Source: Gemmatimonadota bacterium (GTDB lineage: Bacteria > Latescibacterota > UBA2968 > GCA-2709665). Taken from it: DNA of 64,000 nt. A program made the position numbers and the translations under genes. Within the stretch, counting starts at the first letter, position 1. Each line of letters opens with the position of its first letter. Positions 9,680 through 19,119 of the stretch are shown one piece after another. The notes beneath the pieces are model-generated. The model did no database searches, was not told the origin of the DNA, and was given only the letters and a program-made list of their open reading frames with translations. Location of the stretch: positions 68,879-132,878 of the forward strand of contig JAPPFJ010000003.1 in NCBI GenBank assembly GCA_028877215.1, given 5' to 3'.

Positions 9680-10858
9680 TTACATGCCCATAGTAACTAA
9701 GATCTCTTCGGCCATCTGAGCATCAATCTCGTCATTCGGCTGTAGCCCTTCGCGTCGAATGGCACGTTCGAGAACAGTGCGAAGTGACCGAAATATCCTC
9801 CTTGGTACCATTACAACGATTGTCTCAAGTACGTAGTCGATGGCCTCTTCAGTAAACGGATAGTAGGGCTGCGATACGGGAAAGTTTTCCTGCCTAAAGT
9901 TAGACAGATGTTCTCTTATGAAGGCCTTCGCGCCCTCCGCGTCAAGCGACTGAAGTTCGATGTTTTGACGGCTAATACGTTCCGCAATCGCTTGGGGAAT
10001 CGTGGCTTCGAGAAGTGCTGCATCACCAGTAAAGGCAAGTATCAGACAAAAACTCTGCGGGAGCCGGTTGAGGAGTTCACGGATACCATTCCATATCGCC
10101 ATCTGCTCAACTGGCTTCAGGTCCCACATGTCTTCAACTTCGTCAATAAACAGGTACACCGCTTGGTGTGTCGGCTCTTGGTTACCGATCTTTAACGTCA
10201 TTGCACGAAAAATGCTGGCAAGCGCTCTTGTTGCCGCATAGTCAGTATCAATTATCGGGGTAAACCCCGGCTCCCCAACCGCAGGTCTGCCCTCGAGTAG
10301 ATACGTCAGTACCTTCTCTTCGCCCGACTCAAGCATTCGAAGAAGCTCAATCGTAGGGCGGTCTTCGTCATTGACGCTCTCCAACACCTTATTGAGGAAG
10401 TATTTCGGATCTTGTCTTCTGAGTTCCTTCTCTTTTTCGCGATCCATCTCGTCACCTAGTGCATCGGCGGCCGAGTCTATTTGCTGTGAGATCTTGCTCG
10501 CTAAATGCCGAAAAAACCCCCTTCCAAGTTCACGGACGATTTCCTTGTAAAGGCGAACGAAATCGACCTTTTGATCCACTCGCACCTTTGGAAGGTAAAT
10601 AGCACATGCTTTGAAGTGGTCGGCCCTGGTATCCGAAATAGCGGTGGTTAGATATTTTAATGCATGTGACTTGCCAGCGCCGTAGCTACCAAAGACGATT
10701 ACGAATTCACTCAACCCTGTGTCAGACGTGAGCACACTCTCGACGATATCGCTAAGGAGGCTTCGCTCATATTCCATTCCTGCCCAGTGTGTTACACCTG
10801 ACCCGGGTACCAGTGAAAACGGGTGCTCATCAAATCCAAAATCCGATAGCTCAGGCAT
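9680..10858 (-). CDS. P-loop ATPase (AAA/STAND-like; ExeA/BrxD-like features)
   Basis: FGF.EHPF N-terminus, Walker A GSYGAGKS, Walker B YLFIDEVE, C-terminal YPFTEEAI...PRR. Confidence 0.8.
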   Translation of the reverse strand: MPELSDFGFDEHPFSLVPGSGVTHWAGMEYERSLLSDIVESVLTSDTGLSEFVIVFGSYGAGKSHALKYLTTAISDTRADHFKACAIYLPKVRVDQKVDFVRLYKEIVRELGRGFFRHLASKISQQIDSAADALGDEMDREKEKELRRQDPKYFLNKVLESVNDEDRPTIELLRMLESGEEKVLTYLLEGRPAVGEPGFTPIIDTDYAATRALASIFRAMTLKIGNQEPTHQAVYLFIDEVEDMWDLKPVEQMAIWNGIRELLNRLPQSFCLILAFTGDAALLEATIPQAIAERISRQNIELQSLDAEGAKAFIREHLSNFRQENFPVSQPYYPFTEEAIDYVLETIVVMVPRRIFRSLRTVLERAIRREGLQPNDEIDAQMAEEILVTMGM

Positions 10859-10861
10859 GTA

Positions 10862-11395
10862 TCAACCTCCGCTCTTTTGTCTATTCTTGGCTTTCCAACT
10901 TAGATAGGGCATGGATCCCCATCCGGATAACCGCTCTAATTCAGCCTGTACTCTGTTGTTGTCAACTGTACCCCGTAACATAGCCATCGTTTCCTCGTTC
11001 CTTTCAAAACCACCGATCGTGAAATTCGACGATCCAATAAACGCAGTTTGGTGCCCTTCTTGAAATTCAAAATGGTAAATCTTCGAGTGAAGCCAGGGAG
11101 ACGTACGTATCAGTAAGTCTACACCCAAGAGCACTATAGCATCAGCTTGGGTACTAGTTAGAGTTTCTCCCTGGGATCCTGGCGGTCCTGTAACTACTTG
11201 CAGATTACAATTGCCATACTGCAGCATTATGCGCGAGAAGTTAACAATGTCTCGAAAGGCAGGTAGTTTGCCTATATAGGGCGAAACTACACGTAGTGCA
11301 GAGGGTTTACGGCCAACACATTGTAGGAACTCACGCTTAAATGACCGAGTTGGCAGGATCTCCACCGGTACGGTGTTTCTGGGCGCTGATTTCAT
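10862..11395 (-). CDS. Stand-alone phospholipase D-superfamily nuclease (single HKD-type domain)
   Basis: VVSPYI, LHSKIY...AFIGSSNFT...NEE: the HxK...GSxN...E pattern of PLD nucleases. Confidence 0.85.
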   Translation of the reverse strand: MKSAPRNTVPVEILPTRSFKREFLQCVGRKPSALRVVSPYIGKLPAFRDIVNFSRIMLQYGNCNLQVVTGPPGSQGETLTSTQADAIVLLGVDLLIRTSPWLHSKIYHFEFQEGHQTAFIGSSNFTIGGFERNEETMAMLRGTVDNNRVQAELERLSGWGSMPYLSWKAKNRQKSGG

Positions 11396-12072
11396 TGCTG
11401 GGGTGCGATTCGTACCATTACCGATTTGACTCTACCAGTAGCGATGACGAATCCATCGCTGTGTAAGTTCGACGCGATTTCTGCGACAGTCACTGCGAGG
11501 TCGACCACCTCTTCAATACTGTCTAAGTCAAGATTAGTCCGCAAATCTTCTCCCGCTTGGTTTAGTGCTTGGTCTAGGACGAATGTATGTCCGTCACCGT
11601 TCCCGACCGATGGGAACTCGTCCCTCCTTTTCCTAACGGTACGTGGGTCTAAGAGGTTAAATTCTACCTCTGTGATTCCGTCCCCTAGTTTCAATCTGCC
11701 TTCTGGCCCAGCGGCACTCAAACATTGGCGGAGGACATAAAATGCTCGTCGCAACACAAGCAGCTCGTTCGTACACCGAAGTCTATCAGTAAGTGCATGT
11801 ACTCGTGTCCCGAGGCATTTATATTTACATACCTGGACATCTGCAGAGACGCTTGATAGGATTTCGTAGACCCCTGGCCTGACCTTCCTTATGACGGATC
11901 GTGGATGTGCTGCCTCTCGACTGAGAGTGCTCGACATTATGATTTCCGGATTATTAGCATTGGACTCCAATTGATAAAGCCTACGTGCAAGCCTCGTAAT
12001 CGTAACGTAATGCATTGGCTTGCGGATGCGTGAAAGTACAGCCTTTGCCGCGTTGAGATAGGGAAAGCTCAC
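11392..12072 (-). CDS. HARE-HTH (HB1/ASXL/restriction endonuclease HTH) domain protein
   Basis: N-terminal AAKAVL....KPMHY..IT...NP...MSSTL......S...KV.PGVY matches the HARE-HTH pattern; C-terminal 150 aa unrecognised. GTG start overlaps the upstream stop. Confidence 0.7.
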   Translation of the reverse strand: MSFPYLNAAKAVLSRIRKPMHYVTITRLARRLYQLESNANNPEIIMSSTLSREAAHPRSVIRKVRPGVYEILSSVSADVQVCKYKCLGTRVHALTDRLRCTNELLVLRRAFYVLRQCLSAAGPEGRLKLGDGITEVEFNLLDPRTVRKRRDEFPSVGNGDGHTFVLDQALNQAGEDLRTNLDLDSIEEVVDLAVTVAEIASNLHSDGFVIATGRVKSVMVRIAPQQ

Positions 12073-13205
12073 CGTCGTTTCCGCATTTGGTAATGTCCAA
12101 GGAGTCCGGTACGTTGGGACATTGGTGCGAAACGCTTATCGAATATCTTAAATACAGCGCGAAAAACTGCTTCCTCATCAAATCGAAGATCGGTACGCGA
12201 TTCCAAGAAATAAATGTACGGCTTGACAGCGTCAAGCGGCACCTGGTTTGCTTGGATCAGCCTCATATAGCGATATGCCCGTTCCATGAAGTCGGCGGTT
12301 CTTACGACTGTATCGAACGGCGGTTGTTCGGTGTTCTCCCGAGATGGGCGAATTATGTTCCAAGCAGGACTGAATGGTTCCTTGATGAGAGCTTTGTCGA
12401 CGTGCATACGCGTAAACCAATTCAGTGGCGGGCCAAGCCAGAAGAAGCGATCGCTTTCGCCTCGAAGCCGCAGTGCAACTCTTCGTCCAGAGGATGTAAG
12501 CAGCCCATCTTTATGCAAATGGCCGAGAGAAACAAGCCACCCCCTTCGAGGTGTGGCGTGGTGGCGGAGGAAATCTAAACCGATCTCCTTGATTTCGATC
12601 TCGGACCCGCGAACATTCTTTATCCACCTCACTGTACTACCAGCGTCTGTCTGAAGAAGGCGTACGCGCAGTCTGGGATCTGGAAAGGCCCGCAGAAGCC
12701 AATCGGTTCGTTCACGCCGAAGATCAAGGGTTCGGCCTTTGAAGTATTTCAGAAGATCTGAACCGGCCGGAAGTGGTTCATCCAATGCCATGTCGAGCAA
12801 GAGACCGTAAATATCTGCGTCGAATTGTAGCACTGAAAATTGGAGTAGGAATTTCCTAAAGTCGTCAAGATCGAGCCCAGATGCTGCGCGATAGGTCCGA
12901 CCGAGTTCGGTCAATGCAAGCCGTGCTAACGAACCTCCTCGGTCGATGCGACGTACAAGTCCGAGTCCAACCGCAAAATCTGTGATTCCTGCCGCATAAT
13001 CCTCTTTTAGATTCCTGGAGGTTTCAGTTTGCAGTCGAAGTTGGAGAGACTTAACGACCTCAAGTCTCAATCGACTAGGTGCTTGGTCGAATAATTCAGT
13101 AACCTCGGCAATTCGGGACAACTGATAAGCGCCAGTCGTATACCCGACATACCTAGCCAATGCCTCAGCTAGGCTCTCGCGACATTCATTCCACTCTTGA
13201 AGCAT
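12069..13205 (-). CDS. Hypothetical protein with two putative winged-helix modules
   Basis: 378-aa ORF coupled to both neighbours; wing-like motifs LGLV...LALTELG and WLVSLGHL...LLTSSG. Confidence 0.6.
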   Translation of the reverse strand: MLQEWNECRESLAEALARYVGYTTGAYQLSRIAEVTELFDQAPSRLRLEVVKSLQLRLQTETSRNLKEDYAAGITDFAVGLGLVRRIDRGGSLARLALTELGRTYRAASGLDLDDFRKFLLQFSVLQFDADIYGLLLDMALDEPLPAGSDLLKYFKGRTLDLRRERTDWLLRAFPDPRLRVRLLQTDAGSTVRWIKNVRGSEIEIKEIGLDFLRHHATPRRGWLVSLGHLHKDGLLTSSGRRVALRLRGESDRFFWLGPPLNWFTRMHVDKALIKEPFSPAWNIIRPSRENTEQPPFDTVVRTADFMERAYRYMRLIQANQVPLDAVKPYIYFLESRTDLRFDEEAVFRAVFKIFDKRFAPMSQRTGLLGHYQMRKRR

Positions 13206-14589
13206 CTTCGTCTCTTAACTTCGCAGTGGTAGGTGTGTTTCCACCATGTGCAGAAAGTCGTGGACGGATTCTTGACAGAAATATCCGACCATTGGCAGCA
13301 TCAGCGACCACCGCTTCACCAGGATCCAGAGAGCGAATTGTATCCGCAAGTGAAGGTAATGGGAAACCAGCCCTTTCGTAGGTAATTGAGGTGCGGGTGG
13401 GCATCCGACCGATCGCCGCTTGGAGGTCCGATTCAAACCCTAGAGAATGGGTGAGCGTCAGGTCGACTTGACTCATCAGACGGTCGTCAACCGCCGAAGG
13501 CTGTTGAGTCGCGAAGACTAAGGACAGCCCGGCATCACGCCCACGCTTGACGTAGTCGACAACAGATGTAGATGCCGCCGTACTCCCCGACTTTGGCGCG
13601 ATAACGTGTGCTTCGTCGACAAATGTCCACAACCGCTCTGGTAGGTCTTCTTCCGACGAATCGGCGCCCAAACGCCGATTGAACCGTCGTTCTAAGTGGA
13701 AAGAACCCATACGGGCGGAAAACAACCGCATTAAGACACCTGCTATAAGTGCGCGAAGTCCGTCCTCAAGCTCCCGGAGAAGAAGCACGGAAACTCTTCC
13801 AGGCACTAGCAGTTCTCTCACATCCACACCTGGATTCTGTACCAGCTCGGAGTCGGCAAGAGCTAATAAACGCCACCGAAGGGCGTCAATCGTAGATTGT
13901 TGGAAAGCGTTTAGTGCAGGGCTTGGTATGGCGCGGTTGGCCAACACCGACGGCTGTCGACTCCCGTCATAATTCAGAAGCGTTAGCAGCGCTTGTCCCA
14001 TTGCCGAATAGCGTTCTAGCTCGAGTGCAGCCAGCCAGTCGCTTGGTTGAAGCTGCTCTGGTGACAGCCGGAAGATTCTAGTGTTAGGAAGCGTTGTTTC
14101 AAGGCCCGCGGGCAGCCACAGATTCACGTCGGGCAGGCCAGCTTTGCGGAGTCCCCACGCGTCCAAGGCGCTAAGATGCTGCAAGTCCTCCGGGAGACCT
14201 CGTTCTGGTTGCAACGCCAATGTCCAGAACTGATTCTGAATGTCAAAGATGACTACGGCAGTAGTTGGCGCTCGGCCCGAGATGACTCCGTCTAACCCAG
14301 CAACACTCTCGGCAATTACACCTAGATCAAAGCTCTTCCCAGTACCACGAGTACCAAAGACGCCGATCACATGTGGAAAGGCCAAATCCAACCATACACC
14401 GTGATCCAGTAGGCTCTTCCCCCCGCAATGCTCGGTTACCTTGCCAATAAGGCCGCTGCTTGCGTCAGACTCTTCAGTGCGACCTCCAATTGCCAACGCC
14501 CGAATTCGGCTGTCAGCGTGCAACACTGCCGATGATTCCTTGGTACGGAATTTGGCCGAGGTAATGACTTTCTTTGTTCGTTTCATCAT
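13186..14589 (-). CDS. HerA/FtsK-superfamily ATPase (DUF87-like)
   Basis: PHVIGVFGTRGTGKS Walker A, IFD, WTFVDEAH Walker B, KRGRDAG arginine finger, ATQQPS motif. Confidence 0.88.
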   Translation of the reverse strand: MMKRTKKVITSAKFRTKESSAVLHADSRIRALAIGGRTEESDASSGLIGKVTEHCGGKSLLDHGVWLDLAFPHVIGVFGTRGTGKSFDLGVIAESVAGLDGVISGRAPTTAVVIFDIQNQFWTLALQPERGLPEDLQHLSALDAWGLRKAGLPDVNLWLPAGLETTLPNTRIFRLSPEQLQPSDWLAALELERYSAMGQALLTLLNYDGSRQPSVLANRAIPSPALNAFQQSTIDALRWRLLALADSELVQNPGVDVRELLVPGRVSVLLLRELEDGLRALIAGVLMRLFSARMGSFHLERRFNRRLGADSSEEDLPERLWTFVDEAHVIAPKSGSTAASTSVVDYVKRGRDAGLSLVFATQQPSAVDDRLMSQVDLTLTHSLGFESDLQAAIGRMPTRTSITYERAGFPLPSLADTIRSLDPGEAVVADAANGRIFLSRIRPRLSAHGGNTPTTAKLRDEDASRVE

Positions 14590-14597
14590 TCATCCGA

Positions 14598-16454
14598 TCA
14601 GTCACTGACCCACTTGTGGGTACCGTCTGATGACAATAGCAGCATACGGTCTGGTGCCAAACTACGAACCACACGCTCAGGGTCTGCAGTGGCGACAATC
14701 ACACTCATTTCACGCTGAGTAGCTGCAGCACGTAGCTTTCTACTAACCGCCGCCGCTGAAAACCGGTCAAGGGGTTCACAGAACTCGTCGATCAGTAGTA
14801 ACTCAGGATCCTCGGCGAGTGCCAGAGCCAAGCCAAGTCGGTAATATTGTCCGAGGCTGAGGGTTCGCGCAGGCCTAACAAACAACTGGGCTTCAGCCAG
14901 ACCAGCAGAAGCAAGTATCCGCAGGGCCTGATCTAGTGGAAGACGCTCAAGCAGCTCGATCGGAGCCATTGTCTTAGGTATCGGCTTGGGCCACTCGACG
15001 CGCACAGCTTCGGTCGACCTCTCTACTTCGAAACTCACTCCTTTCGGCAGACGCCCTTTCTTACTCCCAATTCCGGCGATATGCCTAATCGCACGAAGAA
15101 GCAAAGATTTCCCTGTACCGCTAGGTCCGCCGACCAAGATCACTTTACCACGAACAATAGTTAGATCAAGACCCTCTACAAGAATCGATTCGAACTCAGT
15201 ATTAACAATTCCAAACGCCTCCTGTACGCGACGGGCACGTGCTGAACTCACTGGCCGCGAGGTGACACTAATCTTTACACCTTTGGCAACCATTAAGATA
15301 GAGTCTTTCTTATTCACCTTAAAGTCAGTCCTAACGGCGACATGTCGTCCCTTGCGATTTAGAAACATCTCGGCGTCGTCGGTAAGGCCACGCATATAGG
15401 TTGGTTTTCCACGCCGGAAAACCCGGTATAGCTCGACCCAGTCTTCGTCAGAGAGCTTGTCTGGTGATTGACGAAGATAGTCAAGCACCTGCTTCAGCGA
15501 AAGACCGCGTTGATCCATCGTCTTTCGCAGCAAGGCTGCGTGAGACCTCTGAAGGCTTAGTATTCCTCCACCTCCTTTGGGCAGTCCACGCTGTCGCAAT
15601 GTTCGACCAAGGAGGTATCGCATATCCTTTTCGACTCTATGTTCGTTTCCGTCGGTGTCGCCAATGTATTGAAAGCCATTTCCTTTCACGAACGGCCAGT
15701 ATCGGAGCATTTCGGCCGTAATTTCCATGAAACTAGGCTGAACTCCGCCCAAGTGCCAACGTTCTTGGGCAAAAGCTACCGCGGCATCAACAAGGACTCC
15801 CGCGAGCCCAACGCCGCGCAGTTCCGGAAATACTACACATCGCGAGATGCGTACTACGGAATTATGGGGAACAGCACTCTTGGTAGTACCCGCATTAACT
15901 GCATTCGTCTTCCAACGAGTCCACGCGACCCCACGTGACGGGTCCGAAAAACGAGTGTCCAGAATACGAGTGCGTGCCGTGTTTACAAGGAAGCTAGAAG
16001 CAAGTTCGATGAATCCGACGACCGACGGGAGCTCCCAACAGTCAATACAAGCGATTAGTGGGACTCGCCGCCCAACACCACCATTTCCACGATAATGGTA
16101 TTCAGTAAGCCGTTGGTATCCTTCAAGTTCTTCTGTCGTTTCAATCTCTTTCACGAGGATCGGTAGATCTCCACCTACCTCAAGGGTCTCGGTTGTCTCC
16201 CATGCAGGGTTAAGACGAACACACCCGTTAGCCTTACTCAACTTCACAAAGAGGTCTTCCCCACTTTGCGCCAGAGTATCACCCTTACCCACGGGCGCGA
16301 AGCGTCGAACACTCATCGGACTCCTGCCCTCGAGCAATAGTTCGCGACGTCCATTTACAATTCGCGTGTTATTGACAGTCCATTGCCCAATGGTACGCGA
16401 TTCGCTAAGGCACGTCACAATGGGAACCGGTTCTTGTTGTCGCGACTCAGTCAT
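14598..16454 (-). CDS. GNAT acyltransferase fused to ABC-type ATPase (COG2401-like)
   Basis: YHY motif, RISRCVVFPELRGVGLA GNAT motif A, EM.RY.PF; C-terminal Walker A GPSGTGKS, ABC signature LSLGQ, Walker B LLLIDEF; no TM segments and no permease partner. Confidence 0.85.
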   Translation of the reverse strand: MTESRQQEPVPIVTCLSESRTIGQWTVNNTRIVNGRRELLLEGRSPMSVRRFAPVGKGDTLAQSGEDLFVKLSKANGCVRLNPAWETTETLEVGGDLPILVKEIETTEELEGYQRLTEYHYRGNGGVGRRVPLIACIDCWELPSVVGFIELASSFLVNTARTRILDTRFSDPSRGVAWTRWKTNAVNAGTTKSAVPHNSVVRISRCVVFPELRGVGLAGVLVDAAVAFAQERWHLGGVQPSFMEITAEMLRYWPFVKGNGFQYIGDTDGNEHRVEKDMRYLLGRTLRQRGLPKGGGGILSLQRSHAALLRKTMDQRGLSLKQVLDYLRQSPDKLSDEDWVELYRVFRRGKPTYMRGLTDDAEMFLNRKGRHVAVRTDFKVNKKDSILMVAKGVKISVTSRPVSSARARRVQEAFGIVNTEFESILVEGLDLTIVRGKVILVGGPSGTGKSLLLRAIRHIAGIGSKKGRLPKGVSFEVERSTEAVRVEWPKPIPKTMAPIELLERLPLDQALRILASAGLAEAQLFVRPARTLSLGQYYRLGLALALAEDPELLLIDEFCEPLDRFSAAAVSRKLRAAATQREMSVIVATADPERVVRSLAPDRMLLLSSDGTHKWVSD

Positions 16455-17050
16455 CCAGTTACTGGCTCAACTTAATTAAGGATCCAGTCAATCACGTCCC
16501 TTTCGATATCATGCGCCGTCTGCAGGATGATATGTCGACACGGACATAGAAAACGGGCTTTTGAATTAATCGAGTTCTCGTAGGCGAATACGCAGCGATA
16601 CGCCAAGTTAGAAATAGTCCATAAGGACCGCTCGAAGTTGGACGGGGTTCAAGACAGTTTCTCACAGATCGACTGCGGAATGTAGCATTCGGCGAAGATC
16701 CGAAGACGTTTCACCGGTGCATCTGGCTTGCCTGCAATCTGGCGAATATTCATGTTATTGCCCAATATAGCGCGAGACTAATTAGCTAGCAAGTTCTTCT
16801 TAGATTTACATGGAAACAGACGAGTCGACACGTCTATCGAAGTCCCATTCGACGTCTCCGACCGGCGGATTCAGACTCACGTTTGCCGTCCTGTCGATCA
16901 CTTCTCTCCAAGCCTTCCCTTACTCATAATTCCGCAACAATAGTGTTGCCAACGCGACGGATGGAGCGTAATTTAGGTGCGTTTTGAAGGGATCTGATAC
17001 ACGGGAAATTGGATTCGCCGGTACGACAACCTGTTATCAAGGGAAGCCAA

Positions 17051-19012
17051 ATGACTTACGTTGTGGAGCGCCCCGCGGGTGCGGACCAGATCGATCACGA
17101 GATGCCGCTGACGTCGTTCGACCCCGATTGCATTCTTGAAAAACTGGATCTGACTGCGGCGGGGCTGGAAGCCGTGAAACGGGCGGCCGACGCCGGCGAC
17201 AGGACGGGCGCCCTTACTGCCCTGCGCGACTATTACAGGGCGAAATTTCCGCTGGCGGAGTCGGTTGAAGAGGGTGATCATACAGAGGCGGACAAGATCT
17301 GCCGCAGGATCATCCAATGGGGGCCGTACGACGAGGCGCAATATGGCGACGATTTCGACTGGGAGTGGGACCCGCCCGGGGATATCGAGTGGGTATGCGT
17401 CGTCTATCGCTTTTACTGGGCCGCGCCGCTCGTAAACGCCTATGCGGCATCGCGCGATGAAAAGTACGCGCAGGCATTCGTCGATCTGGCGTCCGATTGG
17501 ATATCAAAACATCCGCTCGAAAAACACACCAGAACCCATCCCGTATACAAGTCGTGGAAGGGGTTCGCATGGCTGGACCTGCAGACGGGAATCCGGGCCA
17601 CGAACATCTGCGCGGCCTTTCGGGGTCTGGTCCAGTCCGAGGCGTTCACGCCTGAATTTCTGGGCGTGTTGCTCGCGAGTGTGTACGACCATCAGACGAA
17701 AACGACGCTGATCCCCATGGGCCTCATCCACAACAAGGCGGTGTTCGAACAGCGCGGGTTTATCAACGTCGCCTATACGTTCAGCGAGTTCAGGGAAGCG
17801 CGCGACTGGATGGAACTGGGGCTGGCGCGCGTGGAGGAAAACATCCTGGCGCAGACAACGACCGACGGCGTGCAGCGGGAGTGGTCGTTCGGATATCACC
17901 AGGGCGTCTTGCGCGACGCCGTGGAAATCCTCTCGCGCCTCGAAGTCTTCGACGTCCAGGCGTCGCCGGAATTCCTGGAGCGCGTGCGGAGGATGTACGA
18001 CTACATCTTCTGGATCGCGTCGCCCGATCTGACGCCGCCGATGTTCGGAGACGGATCCCGTCCGCTCGTCGCCACGGATGACCGGTCAACGTGGCCGCTC
18101 TACGGTGAGTTGATGGCAGCGTCGAAACTATTCGGAGATCCGAAATACTCGGCAAGGGCGAATCTGGATCGCGAAGCCCTGCCGGACCGGAAGAGCCGCG
18201 CGTTCCGGGAGGCCGGCTTCTACGTGATGCGGAACGACTGGGGTCCGGAGCAGATTCACCTGGCGCTGCACTGTTCTCCGCCCGCGATTTCAAGCCACGA
18301 CCAGCCGGACAACGGGACGTTCGAGTTGTACGCCTTTGGTCGTTGGCTGATGAACGATACGGGCTTCTATACCTATGGTAGAGACAAGGAGGCCCGGGCG
18401 TGGCACCGGCAGACCTCGGTACATCAGACCCTGACGCTCGACGGGAGGGACATCGCCGACGACGCGCGCGATCTGATGTGGGTCTCCGAGGGGGCGGACA
18501 CAGACGTGCTGGTCGTTGAGAACGGGTCCTATCCCGGCCTCATCCACCGTCGCTCGGTCTGGTTTGTTGACCGTCGCTTCTTCGTTCTGCTCGACGAAGC
18601 GATCGGCATCGCGCCCGGCCAATTGGACCTGCACTTCCAGTTTGCGCCCGGCGACGTCACGATCGACAGCGGGGGAAGCAGGGCGTTCACGCGGTTTGAC
18701 GATGCCAACGTACTCGTACAGGCGGCAACCGGGTCGCCTGCGTCGATGGTCGAAGAAACGGGCTGGTTCGCGTGGGAATACGGTTATCGCACGCCGCGAA
18801 AGGCGTTCCGGTTCGCGCTCGACGGCCATGCACCCACGGTCTTCGGCGCCGTCGTCGCGCCGTATCGCGGCACCCGTACGCCGACCGTATCGGCGGAAAC
18901 GCCCGCGGGCATTCAGGCGGGAGACGACCGTGTGGAGATGACCGTCAGCGAATCGGGTAAGACCTGGCGCGTGGGAAGAGACCTGGCTTCGGGTGAGGGA
19001 TGGGCGCGTTGA
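17051..19012 (+). CDS. Heparinase II/III family (alginate-lyase-like) polysaccharide lyase
   Basis: DGVQREWSFGYH, P.FGD, GFYVMR..W, H.Q.DNGTFELY, DTG.Y.Y, HQTLTLDG motifs; start ATG 17051. Confidence 0.85.
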   Translation: MTYVVERPAGADQIDHEMPLTSFDPDCILEKLDLTAAGLEAVKRAADAGDRTGALTALRDYYRAKFPLAESVEEGDHTEADKICRRIIQWGPYDEAQYGDDFDWEWDPPGDIEWVCVVYRFYWAAPLVNAYAASRDEKYAQAFVDLASDWISKHPLEKHTRTHPVYKSWKGFAWLDLQTGIRATNICAAFRGLVQSEAFTPEFLGVLLASVYDHQTKTTLIPMGLIHNKAVFEQRGFINVAYTFSEFREARDWMELGLARVEENILAQTTTDGVQREWSFGYHQGVLRDAVEILSRLEVFDVQASPEFLERVRRMYDYIFWIASPDLTPPMFGDGSRPLVATDDRSTWPLYGELMAASKLFGDPKYSARANLDREALPDRKSRAFREAGFYVMRNDWGPEQIHLALHCSPPAISSHDQPDNGTFELYAFGRWLMNDTGFYTYGRDKEARAWHRQTSVHQTLTLDGRDIADDARDLMWVSEGADTDVLVVENGSYPGLIHRRSVWFVDRRFFVLLDEAIGIAPGQLDLHFQFAPGDVTIDSGGSRAFTRFDDANVLVQAATGSPASMVEETGWFAWEYGYRTPRKAFRFALDGHAPTVFGAVVAPYRGTRTPTVSAETPAGIQAGDDRVEMTVSESGKTWRVGRDLASGEGWAR

Positions 19013-19119
19013 CCGCCGTCGCCGCGTACCCGATCGGCCGCGTCAGCGTGCGCCGTTGGGACGATGTATGACAATGATCATGAGGAGGCCGGGCCGCCTC
19101 TGGCCGGTTACGTATACCC

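Noticed and set aside
9680-16454. Assigning the operon to BREX, Dnd/Ssp, Dpd or Sir2-HerA
   Set aside because: It lacks the defining genes (PglZ/PglX, DndC or cysteine desulfurase, DpdA transglycosylase, adjacent Sir2). The alkaline-phosphatase-family gene at 62420 and the SIR2 at 49321 are far away and unlinked.
16455-16960. Additional small gene at the head of the six-gene operon
   Set aside because: The only minus-strand ORF I read there is 34 codons with no motif; treated as leader/promoter DNA.
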